A stretch of DNA of 64,000 nucleotides from the human T2T-CHM13v2.0 reference genome, Homo sapiens, in NCBI RefSeq assembly GCF_009914755.1, contig NC_060928.1; one strand, given 5' to 3'. A program made the position numbers and the translations under genes. The notes beneath the pieces were generated by a model, which was given only the letters and a program-made list of their open reading frames with translations, was not told the origin of the DNA and searched no databases. This document shows positions 42,945 to 57,507 of this stretch, one piece after another. Numbering within the stretch: the stretch's first letter is position 1; each line of letters opens with the position of its first letter.

Positions 42945-43600
42945 AAATTCAATGACCATTTGTTGAGTATTTATTTTATGCAAATTTTTATGGACTCAAA
43001 GGTGAATGACACAGGCTCTGTTTGCTAAGCATTTAAATATTGTCAGAGAGAAAGGCGTGTACAGATTTGATGTTTAAAAGTAAAGGCATGAGAGGCATTA
43101 TATGGAGAGACTGATTATATGCTACAAGAAGTAGAGGAGGACTTGAGTGTGGGTTACAAAAAATCATAGCCGTGGTTTGAAGGGTGGAAAAGTAGGGATT
43201 TGCTAAGCAGAAATGTGGATAAGGCTATGGAGAACAGTGGGAGATACCAAAGATACCTACCCGAGAGGGTGAGGAAAAAGTGGTGCCATTTGCCAACCTT
43301 GGAAAAGTGGAAAGAGCAGCACATTTTCCTTGGAATGATTCTGGTTAAGATATCCTGTACTTAAGGTATCTTTGAAAAATGCAAGTGATATTTAACAGGA
43401 TATAGATCTGAAATTTGTGAGTATAGATAAGCAGAAGAATGTAGCTTTAGGAGTCAGAACACTGGTAATGCTGAATTCCTGGGAATAGATCAGACTACGA
43501 TTTAAGTATTTGGCACCAGATAAGTGACGTTATCCAAACAGAATGTTGAAAAGTACTGAAATATAAGAGAATAAGGGAGAAGTAAGTTTCAGCGAATGTG
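42945..43600 (-). mobile_element. L2 remnant (probably continuing after the Alu to ~44120)
   Basis: attcaatgaccatttgttgagtattta (L2 3' end, reverse) followed by purine-rich degenerate L2-like sequence. Confidence 0.5.
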
Positions 43601-43628
43601 ACTGTGAAATATATTAAAAACAAAATCA

Positions 43629-43965
43629 GGCTGGGCAAGGTGGCTAATGCCTGTAATTGCAGCACTTTGAGAGGCTGAGGTGGGTGGATTGCTTGTGCCC
43701 GGGAGTTCCAGACTCGCCTGGGCAACAGAGTGAGACCCTGTCTCTGCAAAAAAAAAAAAGTTTAAAAATTTGCCAGATGTGGTGGCACATGCCTGTAGTC
43801 CTAGCCACTTTGGAGGTTGATGCGTGAGGAGGGTTTGTGCCCAGAAGTCCCAGGCTGCAGTGAGCTTTTTGTGTGCCAGTGCACTCCAGCCTGAGTGACA
43901 GACTGAGACCCTGTCTCTAAAAAAAACAGAACACAAACAAACAAAAAAATAAAAACTGAAACAAA
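43629..43965 (+). mobile_element. AluJ
   Basis: ggattgcttgtgcccgggagttc and caggctgcagtgagc J features; A/C-rich tail; aaacaaaat flanks. Confidence 0.9.
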
Positions 43966-44272
43966 CAAAATATGACAGGATAAATGAAGAAGTTAGCATT
44001 GGGAAAGTAGTAACTATCAAATATCTAGTCCTGCAGAGATGAAGATAAAGAAGTAGACCTGTGGGATCATGTAGATATTGATTAATGAAGAGAGTTAGGA
44101 CATTTGCATGGGAGGTATTTTGTGTTTTTACCACCCCTTTTCCCCACTATACCATAAACTGCTTAAAGACAGGACCTGTGCCTTGGCTACCGTTGCATGA
44201 TACTTCTGGAATTATCCTTCCATAGACATGTCCAAAAGAAAAAAAGAAGTTGAATTAAAGTTAATATGTACT

Positions 44273-44582
44273 GGTCGGGCATGGCGGCTCGCACCTGTAA
44301 TCCCAGCACTTTGGGAGGCCCAGGCTGGTGGATCACCTGAGGTCAGGAGTTCAAGACCAGCCTGACCAACATGGAGAAACCCTGTTTGTATTAAAAATAC
44401 AAAATTAGCTGGTCGTGGTGGCACATGCTTGTAATCCCAGCTACGCGGGAGGCTGAGACAGGAGAATCGCTTGAACCCGGGAGGTGGAGGTTGCAGTGAG
44501 TGAGATCATGCCATTGCACTCCAGCCTGGGCAACGAGAGCGAAACTCCATCTCAAAAAAATATATATATAAATATATATATG
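44273..44582 (+). mobile_element. AluSp-like with A/(TA)n tail
   Basis: cctgaccaacatggagaaaccc Sp diagnostic. Confidence 0.93.
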
Positions 44583-45922
44583 TAGTAAGTAAGGGCCCAA
44601 TGTTGCTGATACAGATTTAACAGAATTGAGACAACTCAGAAAACTGGAGACCAGAAAATGGAATTAAGAACACACTTGAGAACTTCTTTCTCAGGTCACC
44701 AAGTCCATTGTAACATCATTATCAGAGGCCGGGGCATAGTGGCATCCCTTGATATCAGTCTTAAAGAATTTCTAATCACCTTATGCTTCTATTTTTCAGG
44801 ACTTTTTTTTTTTTTTTTTTACAAAATTTTCAGAACGTACCATGAGTGTGACATTTCTGTGTAATAGCTTTTGCTGTCTTTTCTTGAGTGATATAATACT
44901 GATTCATTAAATTAGTTTTGTCCTCTAGTATGACTTTTATATTTTATTTTATACTATGCAATTATTTGACCATTTTACTTACTTAAAATTAAAAGAATAT
45001 GTGACTAACTACATTTATGGTGAGATCTAATAATTTATAACATTTCCTGGTCATCATACAAAATTATTTTGTGATTTTAAGATTCTTGACATTGTAACAG
45101 TACTATCAGTTGTCAGTAATACTATGTAAGTAGGTGTGCTTCAAAACATAAATCACGGAAATAGAATCTGAATGAGAAATAAATTCAAATTGTATAGTAA
45201 AAGGACTAATTCCAGTCCATTTGATGTTTGCATAGCACCACAGAAATGTCACGTCACTGATGTCTACCACAGCTAGTGCACCATCCAAGGAAAGAAATGC
45301 TTCCAAATATGTTGTATGCAAAGTCATACTAATAATGATTTGTCAGGAAGATATCACTTTTAATGTTGTTTTTAACCTAAAGAAATGAAACCACCAATGT
45401 CACATAAATTTATTATTTCTTTGTGTTCATTTTTGCTTTATAGGAGTTATGTATAAGCACTATATCGATAAAAAGTCTTCCAGTTCAAGATAATCTAAAC
45501 AATTGCTACAAAATAATTTCCAAGTAAAAAATGCAACTCCCATTTAATCACTCATATGTATATTTGTTTCATGGAAAATCTCTACTAATGTCCATTTTTT
45601 GACATGTGTATGCACTCCCCATTGTCCTGGAACATTAAATAGAATGTATGTAAATGTGGTATGTGACAAGAGCAGGCTACCTGGCTGATTACAGAGTGGC
45701 CTCTGGGTGGTATCTGTAAACTGCTTTCTAGATCCATAAAACACAATTTTATCACGGCCTCAGAATTGTACAGAGCCAAGCATGATAACCAAGTCTCGAC
45801 AATATTACAAGATCCTAATGTCAAACTGTAACAACGGTTTATTGAACTTAGAACAGGAGAATATCCCATTCAGTAGATAAGAAAGTCTCTGCCTCCTCTT
45901 CAAAGCAATACCCTTTCTTTAA

Positions 45923-46303
<381 letters not shown>

Positions 46304-47799
46304 AGGAGTTTCTTAATCCACACACTGAGGCCTGATGAGGCTTGCAGAAACAAAACTATCTTTGAGGTCATCTGAAAAACACATTGCTTTTGCTCCCTAG
46401 ATTCAGTGCTTCTTTCAGTGTCCGCTACTAACCACAATCTTGTGTCTCTAACTTACGCTTGTTGTTATTGTTTGTTTGTTTTCTCTTGTCTTTAGGGTCA
46501 TCTATTAAGGATTTTGCATATTCTTTCTTAAAATATATAAAGGATTTTTTTCAATAATAGCTTTAGGCCTGCTTATATAACCACACTTCATTTCTCTCCT
46601 TGCTTCTGGTCCATTCTATAAAGTGTCTTTCCACTCTCTAAACATTCACCAACTATCTATCAATTTTTTAGTTGTTTACTTGGTAGTTACCTGCTGTTAC
46701 TCTTGTGTAGGTGGTATCTGACACTCACAACTGTGTGCATAAGAAACAATTCCAGATTTATGTGTAATTTCAAAAATCATTAATTAAATGCTCATAATTC
46801 TCAGGTAATTCTCACCTAAAACAAGCTCAATCTTTAATTATATGAATACTCGAGGAAATGGAGTTTTAGGGCCCAGTCCTTACGATTTCCCTTCACTGTG
46901 GGTGAAGCAATCTAACCATACATAATCTTTCAATAGGTAACTGCAAACAACGTGTTCACACGGAACCATATTTTATCAGTTTTTCCCCGTAAGCTTACTG
47001 CCCTTTATTCAGTGTGATCAATTGTATTCAGCCTTCACTAGCTCTTTGAGAATTCAATTTTGAGAGGCATTTCTAGTTTCCTGGACAACATTGGTCCATC
47101 TCTTTCTCCCAGAATAATGAAGATCTAAAATCTAATTCTTGCCTATTTCAGCCCCAAACTTTTCATCCTCTTTTGTGAAATCAAGCCAGTATGCTTTTTC
47201 TTTCGCTGCCTACGTCTGAGTATTATCTATGTCCCCGGGATCAAGTAGCTATCAAATTAGTTCTGTCAATTGCTCATGGGTTTAGAGATCCCTGTGTGTG
47301 TGTTTTTTAAGTAACCACATTTTATTTTAGAACACAAAGTACAGGACTTCTGACTTGATTATTTAGCTTCTTAAACTTTTTCTGAAGTTTTTTGAAAATA
47401 GCAGAGAAAATACATTATTACTCTTCTTTACCTTAATGAAAATTCTCAGTTCCTCTGTCATTTCATTTTTGAAGGAGAATTAGAGGACTCTTCCACAAAT
47501 TGACTCTCGGGCTTCATATTTTCTTTATTTCTCCATTCTAATAATCTATTCCTTTGCCTTTCCTAAACTCACCATCTCATGCACAGTTTCTTCTTTATAA
47601 TACCTTATCTATGACCTTTTGGAGATTAAATAATTCAGTTTCTCTACCAAAAGTCATTATATTTGAGTCATTTTTGACTATCAAGTTTCTCTTTTCCTTT
47701 GGGATACCTTCTGGAAGAGTCTATTTAATATTTTCAGTTTTAAAAAGTCCTTCTTAAATATAACAATTCTACTGTATTGTAATGTATCATATAACATGT

Positions 47800-47965
47800 A
47801 CATTTGCAAAGAATTGGAGCCAGATATCTTGGGTTCTAGTTCAAGCTCCATCACATTTCCAGAAAGAGAACCTGGGTCAATTCATGTATTATCTCCTTCA
47901 CTTACACAATGGGAACAATAATTATGATAATAACTGCCCTATCTTCCTCAAAGGTTTATGTGCAG
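47800..47965 (+). mobile_element. MIR remnant
   Basis: tggagccagatatcttgggttctagttcaagctc..cctgggtcaatt..atgggaacaataat. Confidence 0.55.
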
Positions 47966-48009
47966 TTGGACATATATTTTTTGGAAGTTAGCATTAATAA
48001 AAGATGCTA

Positions 48010-48184
48010 AAGTATTACTGAAGTATTACTTTACTATATTCAGTTATTTATAGATACATTATTACTGAAGTATTGCTGAAGTATTACTTTACTATATTTA
48101 GTGAAGTATTTAGTATATTTAGTTATTTATAGAAGTATTGAATTCTGAAGTATTACTTTACTATATTGAGTTATTTATAGATAC
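48010..48184. repeat. Patchwork tandem repeat of ctgaagtattactttactatatt(c/t/g)ag... units
   Basis: Three copies of ctgaagtattactttactatatt and three of agttatttataga, with shuffled sub-blocks. Confidence 0.85.
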
Positions 48185-51100
48185 CTTAAAATTGCTGATA
48201 ACTAGTTCTACAACAATCTTTTTCCACATTAAATCAGACTTGCAATGTTCATAATATTTATTAAATGCATGATTATTTTCTTACCTCCAGAAATGTTTAC
48301 TGGCCTCATATTTAGCTGTAAAGGTAAGTAGTTTCTTGGCACCTTTTGAATTCGCTATTGGTTTCCAATTCTCTAGACTAAGAGTACATGGGTCTCTAAC
48401 TACCATGAACAAGTTCCAGTATTTATAACAAATATAATTCTATGAAACTATAGAAAAAGAAAACATGAATAGTATCACATCTGTTTTCTACAAGCTAAAT
48501 GGCTCTGTCTTTAAGAAACCTGCATATATTTTCCTGGATTTATTGCTAAGGAATAATAAATGACAGAAACCAGTAACTCACAGAGATATTAATCAAGTAA
48601 TTACTAAAGATCATTCAGTGAGCAGTGGCAGAATAGTTCCAAAAAGGCTGAGATTACAGACAACCGTCAAATATTCAGAGCAGTGAGCAAAACCTTGTAA
48701 AGATTATCACCGATCACAGAGTGTGGATAGAATCTGCCAATTAGGCACCAATTCCTAGCCCTTATTCACGTCTCCATTTAAACTGCTAATTATGCCAAAT
48801 AAATTTATAAATGTAGAAATCAACTTTTATGGGCTATTTGAGATAATTTTCTGAGCACAGTGCAAAACACCCCAATTGCAATACAATTGGAGCACAAAAG
48901 GCTTCATGAAGTAATCTAAAGGCACCACGTCATCACAGTGTCAGAGATAAATAAATTATAATTATATTGGTATTCACTCCCTCTTATAAATACACATAAA
49001 ATGAAAGAAGCACTAAAAAAGAACAACGTGAAGTGGATAACCTATCCATCAAAAATATTTACTAGAATGATAAAATAGTATCCTTATTAAACATACAAAA
49101 AGAAAAGATAAATAGAGCAAGGAATAATTGAATTAGTAAATTAATTATTTTATAGTATATTGGTGTCTACCTGAGGGTTCTACATAATCATTTGCTTTAC
49201 AGTATCACTCAAAGCAAGGTAATATCGACATTTTACAGATGATGAAGGTGAGAAGAAGATATGGAAAGTTGTAGTTAATACCTGAAAACTCTTAGTGTTT
49301 AATACATGGTAGCTTTTATTATTTATTATTTGCCACTATTAACTCCAAAGGGCTATATTTGAGTTATTGCATTCAAAGCTTATGAAAACCTATTGTAGCC
49401 ATTATAATTATTTATATTTTAAAAACTAATTTAAGTAGAAAAACATTTAGTTTTTGTTTGATATTTAATAGAAGCACTGATTTATTGCGTAGTTTTAAGC
49501 AAATCCCTTAGCCTTTTATTGTCTCATTGTTTAAGGCCGGCAATAAACTTTGCTCTGCCTATCTTTCAGGTAATTTCTCTTTCTATCTGTGTATTATAAA
49601 CCACAATGCATTTTTTTTTTGTTTTTTGCATAAAGCAATATTTATGTTATCATCAAGAACCACTGTAAATTGTAGCTTTGATGTTGGTACCTGGTATTAT
49701 AACTCAGACGGTCAAATATTTACTTCACAAAAATTGGGAAGAGACTAATAGATTTTGGTGGGAGGTGCTTTTATTTGCTTGTTTGTTTCAGAATAACAGA
49801 ATAATAACTCAGTATCATGAGCCAATTAAAGAAATATACCCAAAATAAGGTAAGAAGAATCAATACCAGATGCTTTATTTATGGTTCAACTTGATAGTTA
49901 TATCGCTTTTGACTGTAATTCATTGGCAGTTCATTCAGAACACACACACACACAGACATACACACACCTGCATTGTATCCTTCTACCAAGGTAGGGAGGA
50001 TGCTTAACTCAATGGGAAGAGGCATAAGAAAATATTGCATTAAGAGCCTGATTCTGGAGTTGGTCCCATGACTCCCAAAGATTGTGGAAACAAAGCAATT
50101 AACTTTTTTAATTATGCAAACCATTCAGTAAAGTAAGCAGTAAAATATATTAAATAATTTATTTAATACTTCTAATATTCTCAGTAATGTTGGAAATTTC
50201 CAAATAAGCAAAAAAACTTTAGCTAAATGTGTAAACTCAGATTTTTCCTTCAAATTTTTCTCTCTGCTGAATATAGGAAAATATTTCCATATCCATATCA
50301 CTGCTTTCAAAACTGCTAGATAATCCATTTTAAATAATAAGATTTTTATAATATGTGATTCAATTAGAAAATATCTTAGCTATTTTGAGTCTTGGTCACA
50401 AATATTTTTAACTGCAACACAAGTCACAACCTTTCCTCCTGCCTCCCTAGGGAATATTTATTTTAATTATGCCTGCCAATTGATCTAAATTATTGAACTT
50501 GCTCAAACTTGCTTAAGAATTAGAAGCTTCCTTGGATACAGTAACAAATTAAAATAAAATGGAAAATAATTTTGAAATTACCAGCATGACAGAAATAAAA
50601 GGGAATTTATATTATGCACACTAACACATTTTCAAGTTTCCTTGTTCTCAAGCATATCTCATTAAATCTTTTTATGTTCAGGAGAGGATATGCCTTACAA
50701 AAGTGGATCAATGACTCAGCTGGAGCTAGCATTTAAAATATTGTAAATTTCCTATTCTAATATAAGGGTATTATGGGATTTTTATTTGACATATGGAATC
50801 ATGTCATCTATTTAGGAACACACATGCAGAAAAGATGCATATTTCAAAGTAGAATTAAGTAAAAATATCTGTTTCCACCGAGAAGATGGCGTGTGTAGTT
50901 TGCTAATAATTGACCTCGTCATTAAGCAACTTTCAGCCCTCATCTGCCAATTCTGCTCCTTTGTAATTATCATATATATTTTACAATCAGTGGTAAGGCT
51001 TTCATTTCCTTCCTAAGAATAAGGTAGGGCATTTCTGAAGTGGTTAGGACAATTCTCTTGTAGCAATAGGGGAAAAAAAGAACAAAAAATGTAATATAGC

Positions 51101-51456
51101 TACATGGAGAGATGTATGCCTCTGAGCTCTTTTCATTTTAGCAGCTTGAGAAATATTGCTCCACATTATTGCTCAGACACACATTCTTTCTAAACGAAGT
51201 TTACTGCCATTGATTCCCAAGAGCTAAAGGATTCATTTTAATATTTTTGTACTTCATTTAGCTAGTCTCCTTATTGATTGGACTTTATGAACTATCTACT
51301 TGTACGTGATATGCATTTCTAAACAAATTTTAGGACAAATATTTCCTGGATCAACATGTAGAGAATTTGACTTCCAAGTTAATGTATATTTGGGATACTC
51401 ATTCTGAAATTTATGAGCAAACTTTAGGATGAACTGGCACTGCTCACTGGGGAAAA

Positions 51457-51460
51457 ACAT

Positions 51461-51491
<31 letters not shown>

Positions 51492-51502
51492 CTCACACAC
51501 AC
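51457..51502. repeat. (CA)n microsatellite, interrupted
   Basis: Directly visible. Confidence 0.9.
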
Positions 51503-54500
51503 CAGCCTTGATAGGCTAGGCCAAGCAGGTTTGAGACACCTCTTGGAAATATTTTGAGTAATAAATTATCCTTTCCGAAAGATTTTATTTTGGACATGTT
51601 CTATTAAATTAAAATCAATTGTTTCATACATTACAAACTTGACAGTCTCTTAATATATTGAGATATTTTTATATTGTAAAATCAAGTAATATTTTTATAA
51701 TACAGTAAGCTTTAATAAATGGCCAGTATAAAATTTGTAACATATGTGCCTTAAAATTTGGGTTATTTTCTTTTATTACTCAACATGCCAACCTGAAATT
51801 TAATGTAATCTTTTAAGTAAAATACTGACAGAGAAACCCTGTAAGGTGAACTTAAGATTTTAGTTTCCTAATTGCCTTCTAATGCCTTTTTCCCCTCCAG
51901 AGCAAAGTGTGTCCTTATATTTTTGTAATACTGAGGTAAAAATATACAAATATATTTTAGAGTATTTCAAAATACTGCTTTAAGGCTATTTCAGTGGACT
52001 GCTCAAGTACTTCATCATTTCTAAATGTCCTTTACACCTAAAGCTCTAATTTTCCATACAAGGGATATTGTTTTTTAATGCAAGCCTGAAAATCCCTGGG
52101 AGCACTTAGGCCTGCCACTGCCAATGCACAACAACAGGTCTCAACAAGAAACCCCAAGCCCTGGGACTGGTGCTGACAGTTGGTATTTTAAGTTTCTGTT
52201 GAAAACTTATGATAATCCAATGTAAATGTGCCTGTTATTTATAATAACCATTTCAGTATTGTGGTATATTAGGCTTTTCATGCACTTTCTCTCAGCACTG
52301 GAATCCAGCCATAATTCTGTCCTTGGCTTCTGTATTGCTTGCTATAATAAAGTCCTTGTGATACTACTGGTAATAAACTTTCATGGATGCAATCCAAGAT
52401 AGACCCTACTGATAACTGAATTCTCTTTCATAGTGAATTGTATTGTTGTGAGACTCCAGCATAGTTACTTTCTTTTAGAGCTAAGGGTTTTACGTTGAAA
52501 TAGTATTTATTTATTTATTTATATCATTGAACAGTCTCACTGCCATGACTAAGAAAATTGCTCCATAAAATACTTGGTAATGTAAATGTGAGAATGAAAG
52601 TTATATATCTGATGATTTGTCAAATTTATGGCTTGTACCAACACAACTGTCTCTATAAAGGAATTTAATACGCACATTGGAGAATATTCCTGTAATGCCT
52701 AGTAAAATTGAATGCTGTTATGCTATGAGATCTCAAAAGCAGGAATCACTCTAGAATTATGCCTTTGACATTTCTAATCATGCATGGCCTGGCTTTACGA
52801 GTCTAAATTTGATGTAGGAAAACTTAAAATAAGCATTTATTACAGAAGTACCTGCCCTCCCACAGAGGATAGCATTCCATGTACAGGGCCTGCTTTTGAT
52901 GTATTTCTTTACCTGTTTCTTTTATTGGCAAGAAATGGAAGAGTCGATTAAAGGTAGGAAGTTTAACTGGATTCACATTAGAGGAAAAACAGGTCAAAGT
53001 TGATGAGCACGTGCCTGAAATCTAAGATCAATGATTACCCCAGATTGAAGAGTAATGATGTGGTAGGCAAAAAAACAAACAAACAAAAAAAAAACCTCAG
53101 GGTTATACTAATAGCCTGAAAATGCATTAACATATTGAAATATGTTTAGCCTCTTTCTTTGTCTTCCAAGAATTAGGTTTTAAAAAGTATTGGTCCCCAT
53201 TTTAAAGAGTAGATTGCTTTTTTTGTCTTGAATTTAAAAAAAATTATCACACTTTCTGAACTGATTTTGATTGAAATTCTATTGACAAATTCAGTGTATT
53301 TGGTCAGTGAAATTTAAATTTTATAAAATGGTAATTTTAGAATTCTTTTTATAATAAACTTCCATTGATTGATATATGTTCATTGATATTTGAAAAATCC
53401 CAACATTATAGCCACTTAATATTTTATATAATTATATTTTTGCAAACCAAAATAATACACTAGCATAGTACAAAAATATTTTTTGTGCATTATGTATAAA
53501 TAGAGTACACTAAGACAAAGATTTAGTTTCTTCTTATACAGTATTCTTAAAATAAACTTAGCCATCATTTTTACAATGAAATTCTTGTGGCATATGGCTT
53601 ATTCTCAAGTTTACCCTCCCTTCAACCAGGAAATGTATTACTTAACTGAGACATAAAAGAGCATAGATGGTAGGGGAGAGAAGGAACAGGTCCTTTACGT
53701 ATAATAGCAGGCTCTTATGCTGTTTATTAAGTTTGATGATAGTTAACCAATTCAGGCAGCTGATTGAAATAAGAAGAAATCAGCAATTTTGTAGAAGTGT
53801 GAAAACATGTGCACATGTACCTCGCTCCTGCAGTTTTATCTTCTGTCAGATTTCTCAAGAGTATACCATATTTTTTTTCGGCTTGAAATAAAACATTGAG
53901 AATATATACATACATAATGAAATGAGATATATGCTTTGAGGGAATAGCACTGCCCAAAGTTAACAGATAGTTCGTGTGATTTAAATGATTGTATTTGGAA
54001 GGGTATTCTCATGTATAAACTGAATTCCAACTTAGAGCACTGCTTATCTTTTTAGTTGTACATGAATGTGGTGAGCAGAAAATAATTTTAAAAAAATTTT
54101 AGTAAGTGTCTGGGATGCTTTATTGTCAAAGAACAACTTGTATTTTAAAAATAAATTAAAATACATTAACTAAGAACAGTGTGCAAAGTATTTCAAGTAG
54201 ATAGGGTGAACAGACTGTTTTACTTTTCTTCCATTCTACATGTCTGTGAATAACCATTCCTTGAAGTTTAAGATTATAAATAACAGTGCAAAATGGTGTT
54301 ATTTCTACTTTACGAGGGAAATCATCCATTTTGTTTTCATTTTCATTTGGGTAAACTCAAAATGGTTTTGTATAGCTTCCGCTAATCTTATTCAAGACTG
54401 AAGCGTTTTTGACAAAAGAATGTTTCCCAATTTTGAGTAGATTATTACATTTATGTGGCTAAATTGACTCAGAATTGACAACTGTTGTTTGACTTGGCAA

Positions 54501-56299
54501 AGTTAGAATACAGTAGTTGATAGTAAGAGGAGGGAGGTAACAAGTTGTAAAAACAAGAAATTTCAAAGAAGAACCTATAAGCAAATTGTGCTTTAGTAGT
54601 GAATGGTTGAATAAGGGTATTTTATTTTATTCTACTGTTTAAAGTGGAAATATAGAAATTCTCACTCTGTGTTGATTACTCCACAACCTGCCCTCCCATA
54701 CCTGGACATATACATGAGACCAAAAAATGAGGTAAAATTTACTATCTAATACTAAGTTTAGCTATTCAGACAGTCCTTTGTAAATCCTAGATATGTGTGC
54801 TAGGTGGAGTTAGAAACCTGTCTAGGTGGATATAACCTTTGCTCTCAGTATTTACAAGGTCAGGATGTGAGAAGTTATAAAATAAAGAGCTTGGTTTAAG
54901 TTTTAAGATATGTAATTTTTAAAACAAAATTCTTTTGAAAATAATTTATAGAATTATTTGTAACACATTGGGTGAGGTGGAGGCCTGTATTTATTTATTT
55001 ATTTAATATCCTACCTTACTAGACTTTATGCTACTTGATGACATGAGTTTGGAGACCATGTTTTCTTGTTTACCATAATATATCCAGCGAAACTAGGACA
55101 GGGTCTTGCATATAGTAGAGTCTCAATAAATTTTTGAATTAATTAATGAATAAATGAATATTCGAATCAAGGATCTACTCACAATTTCCATTATTACACA
55201 TGCTTTAATATTTTATTTATTTTTTGCTTGCTCTTCTTATAACTTAATCTACATTGAATTGTGTTAGTAAAGAAATTAGTCAAAATTATTGATTAGTATA
55301 AAACATACTGTATAAAAAAGAAATTCAATTTGCGAATCCTAAATTCTTTATAGAGCCTTGATGAAGTGTGCTTTATATTTCAAAATCATGCTTCTCTACA
55401 AGGTATAAATTTTTACCTTCAGTGTCCTAATTGGCAGAACTAAGGTACATCAGTGGAAAATCTTTATTTTGTAGTTGAGAAATTGTTTTTCTAAATGTTC
55501 TATCCCTCAAGGATCTGAGGACCTCAAAGACTTGAAGATCAAAGATGGCATGATGATGGTGCATTCCTAGCATGGAGAAAAGTCCTAACATTCTCTGTGT
55601 ACTTTGCCCTTAAAAAAATTATTTTCTAGATAAGTTGGTATTGATTAGTAAACTTTATGAGTAACCCAGGTTAAGAACATCACAATTGCAAATTTGAATT
55701 CTTACTACATTGGTGATACACGTTGAAGTATGTATTTATTTACATATTCATTCATTAATTTACTTATTACTAAAATATTGTTGAAATCTAATTTCAAAGA
55801 CAGCTGCAAGATTCAGGTATAGACAACCTACCTAAGCAATGGAAGAGGTAGGTTAAATTTCTGTCTTGAGTAAGTGTTTTTTTTTTTTTTCCTGACTATG
55901 CTACTCTTTACACATTTCATTCTATTTTTATGAATATCCTGGAATACTTTTTGAAAATTACAGTTTGTTTTTCCTTTTTCCCTGGGAGAACATAGGGTGA
56001 CACTGGGTGGAAATCAAGATTTGCTATGGGTTTGCAAAAACCTGCATAAGAAATAATTCTCTGAGTTTCCAAGGTAGTTTATTGGATATTATCATATTTC
56101 TATTTTTAAATCACTTTCATTCATCTTGAACCTCCATATCAATTCTGCTTCATTGCTGCCCTTTTCACCCTTGTTTATAACTTCAGTTATAAACTTCAGT
56201 CCTCTCTTCACCACCTCACTGCACCCTAAGCTCTCAGCATGATAACCAATTCACTCTCTTTAAATATGCAACAAAATCAATATATTACTGGTGTGCTAA

Positions 56300-56520
56300 T
56301 TAACTGTCACGTGAAAATACTTTGCATATTTCATCTCACTTAATTCTCACTGCATTTTTATTATGTAGGTTTTATTATTTCACCAGTGAGCAAACTAAGG
56401 ATTACAGTATTTAAGTGACTTGCTTAAAGTCATGCAGCCAGTGAGTGGCTGAAATGCAGTTTGAACAAAATCTGTCAAAACAAAACAAAACCAAACCATG
56501 TTCTTCCCATTACATCATGC
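56300..56520 (-). mobile_element. MIR remnant
   Basis: atctcacttaattctcac..gtaggt..attattt..gagcaaactaagg..ttaagtgacttgcttaaagtcatgcagccagtgagtggc. Confidence 0.7.
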
Positions 56521-56607
56521 TATATCTAGCCATGCCTTTCTTTCATCAGAGTGGTCTTAACCTCTTTCGCCTGCATCTCTTCACTGCTGGCCAACTCTTC
56601 CTTTAAA

Positions 56608-56816
56608 CCAAACTTGTCCAACTCGTGGCCCAGGATGACTTTGAGTGTGGTCCAAAACACATTTGTAAACTTTCTTAAAACATTATGAGATTTTTTTTTG
56701 CTGTTTTTTTTTTTTTAGCTCATCAGCTATCATTACTGTTAGTGTATTTTATGTGTGGCCCAAGACAATTTTTTTTCCAGTGTGGCCCAGGGAAGCCAAA
56801 AGATTGGACACCTCTG
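56608..56816. mobile_element. MER30-like hAT-Charlie MITE
   Basis: tgtccaac..ggcccaggatgactttga..gtaaactttcttaaaacattatgag..agctcatcagctatc..gtggcccagggaagccaaaagattggacacctctg. Confidence 0.85.
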
Positions 56817-57239
56817 CTTTAAACTTTACTGCAAGTTTGGTCTCTTTTGTGGAACTGTTGCTCACCACCTCTTCCATAGCTCTTTGCATAACACATCTTG
56901 GTACTAGCATATGTCATATTAGGGTCTTAAAAATTTATGTATCACTCTTCTTGCTCCAGTGTGGCCTCCGTGAGGGCAGGATTATTATTTTTTTTATTCC
57001 ACTCAATATTGAAGGAGCTTAAGCTGGCAGTTCTTAAAGCCAAGTGATCTCAAAACTCCAGGACTCAAAATCATTTCCTGACAATATTAGGATATCATTT
57101 GCTCTTTCAATTCTCATTCTCATAAGTGCACAAAAGAATTTTCCTGAGGCTACATGCTCTGTGTCAGTGCAACAGATTGAATTCAGAGCGGATAGGATAA
57201 TCCAGATATCCTCTAGTAAGATAATCATTCAAGAGATGT

Positions 57240-57507
57240 GCAAAAGTGTCAAATAATGTCATTCTTCTCACTTTTTTTAAATATAGTAATTTTCTATTAA
57301 AATATATTATTTTTGTCAGCATATAATGAATTTATTGTGACTATTTTCAAACATATATATAACTAATTATTTTAAAAGTGTTTTTATTTTAATGTTGAAT
57401 ATGATGAATATCAGCAGATATACCCCACATAAGCAAAAGCTCTTTAGGGTCCTCTATAATTTTTAAAGTGTAAAGGAGGCTTGAAAACCAAACACATAGG
57501 ACCACTG
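57240..57507. mobile_element. Charlie1-like DNA transposon terminal fragment
   Basis: gatataccccacataagcaaaagctctttagggtcctc..taatttttaaagtgtaaagg..gaccactg. Confidence 0.7.

Noticed and set aside
48010-48184. Repeats with intervening sequence superficially like a CRISPR array
   Set aside because: The intervening parts are made of the same sub-blocks, there are no unique spacers or cas genes, and the DNA is a primate intron.
50711-50722. TGACTCA AP-1 motifs (also ~16624 and ~54465)
   Set aside because: Isolated 7-mers are expected by chance in 64 kb.
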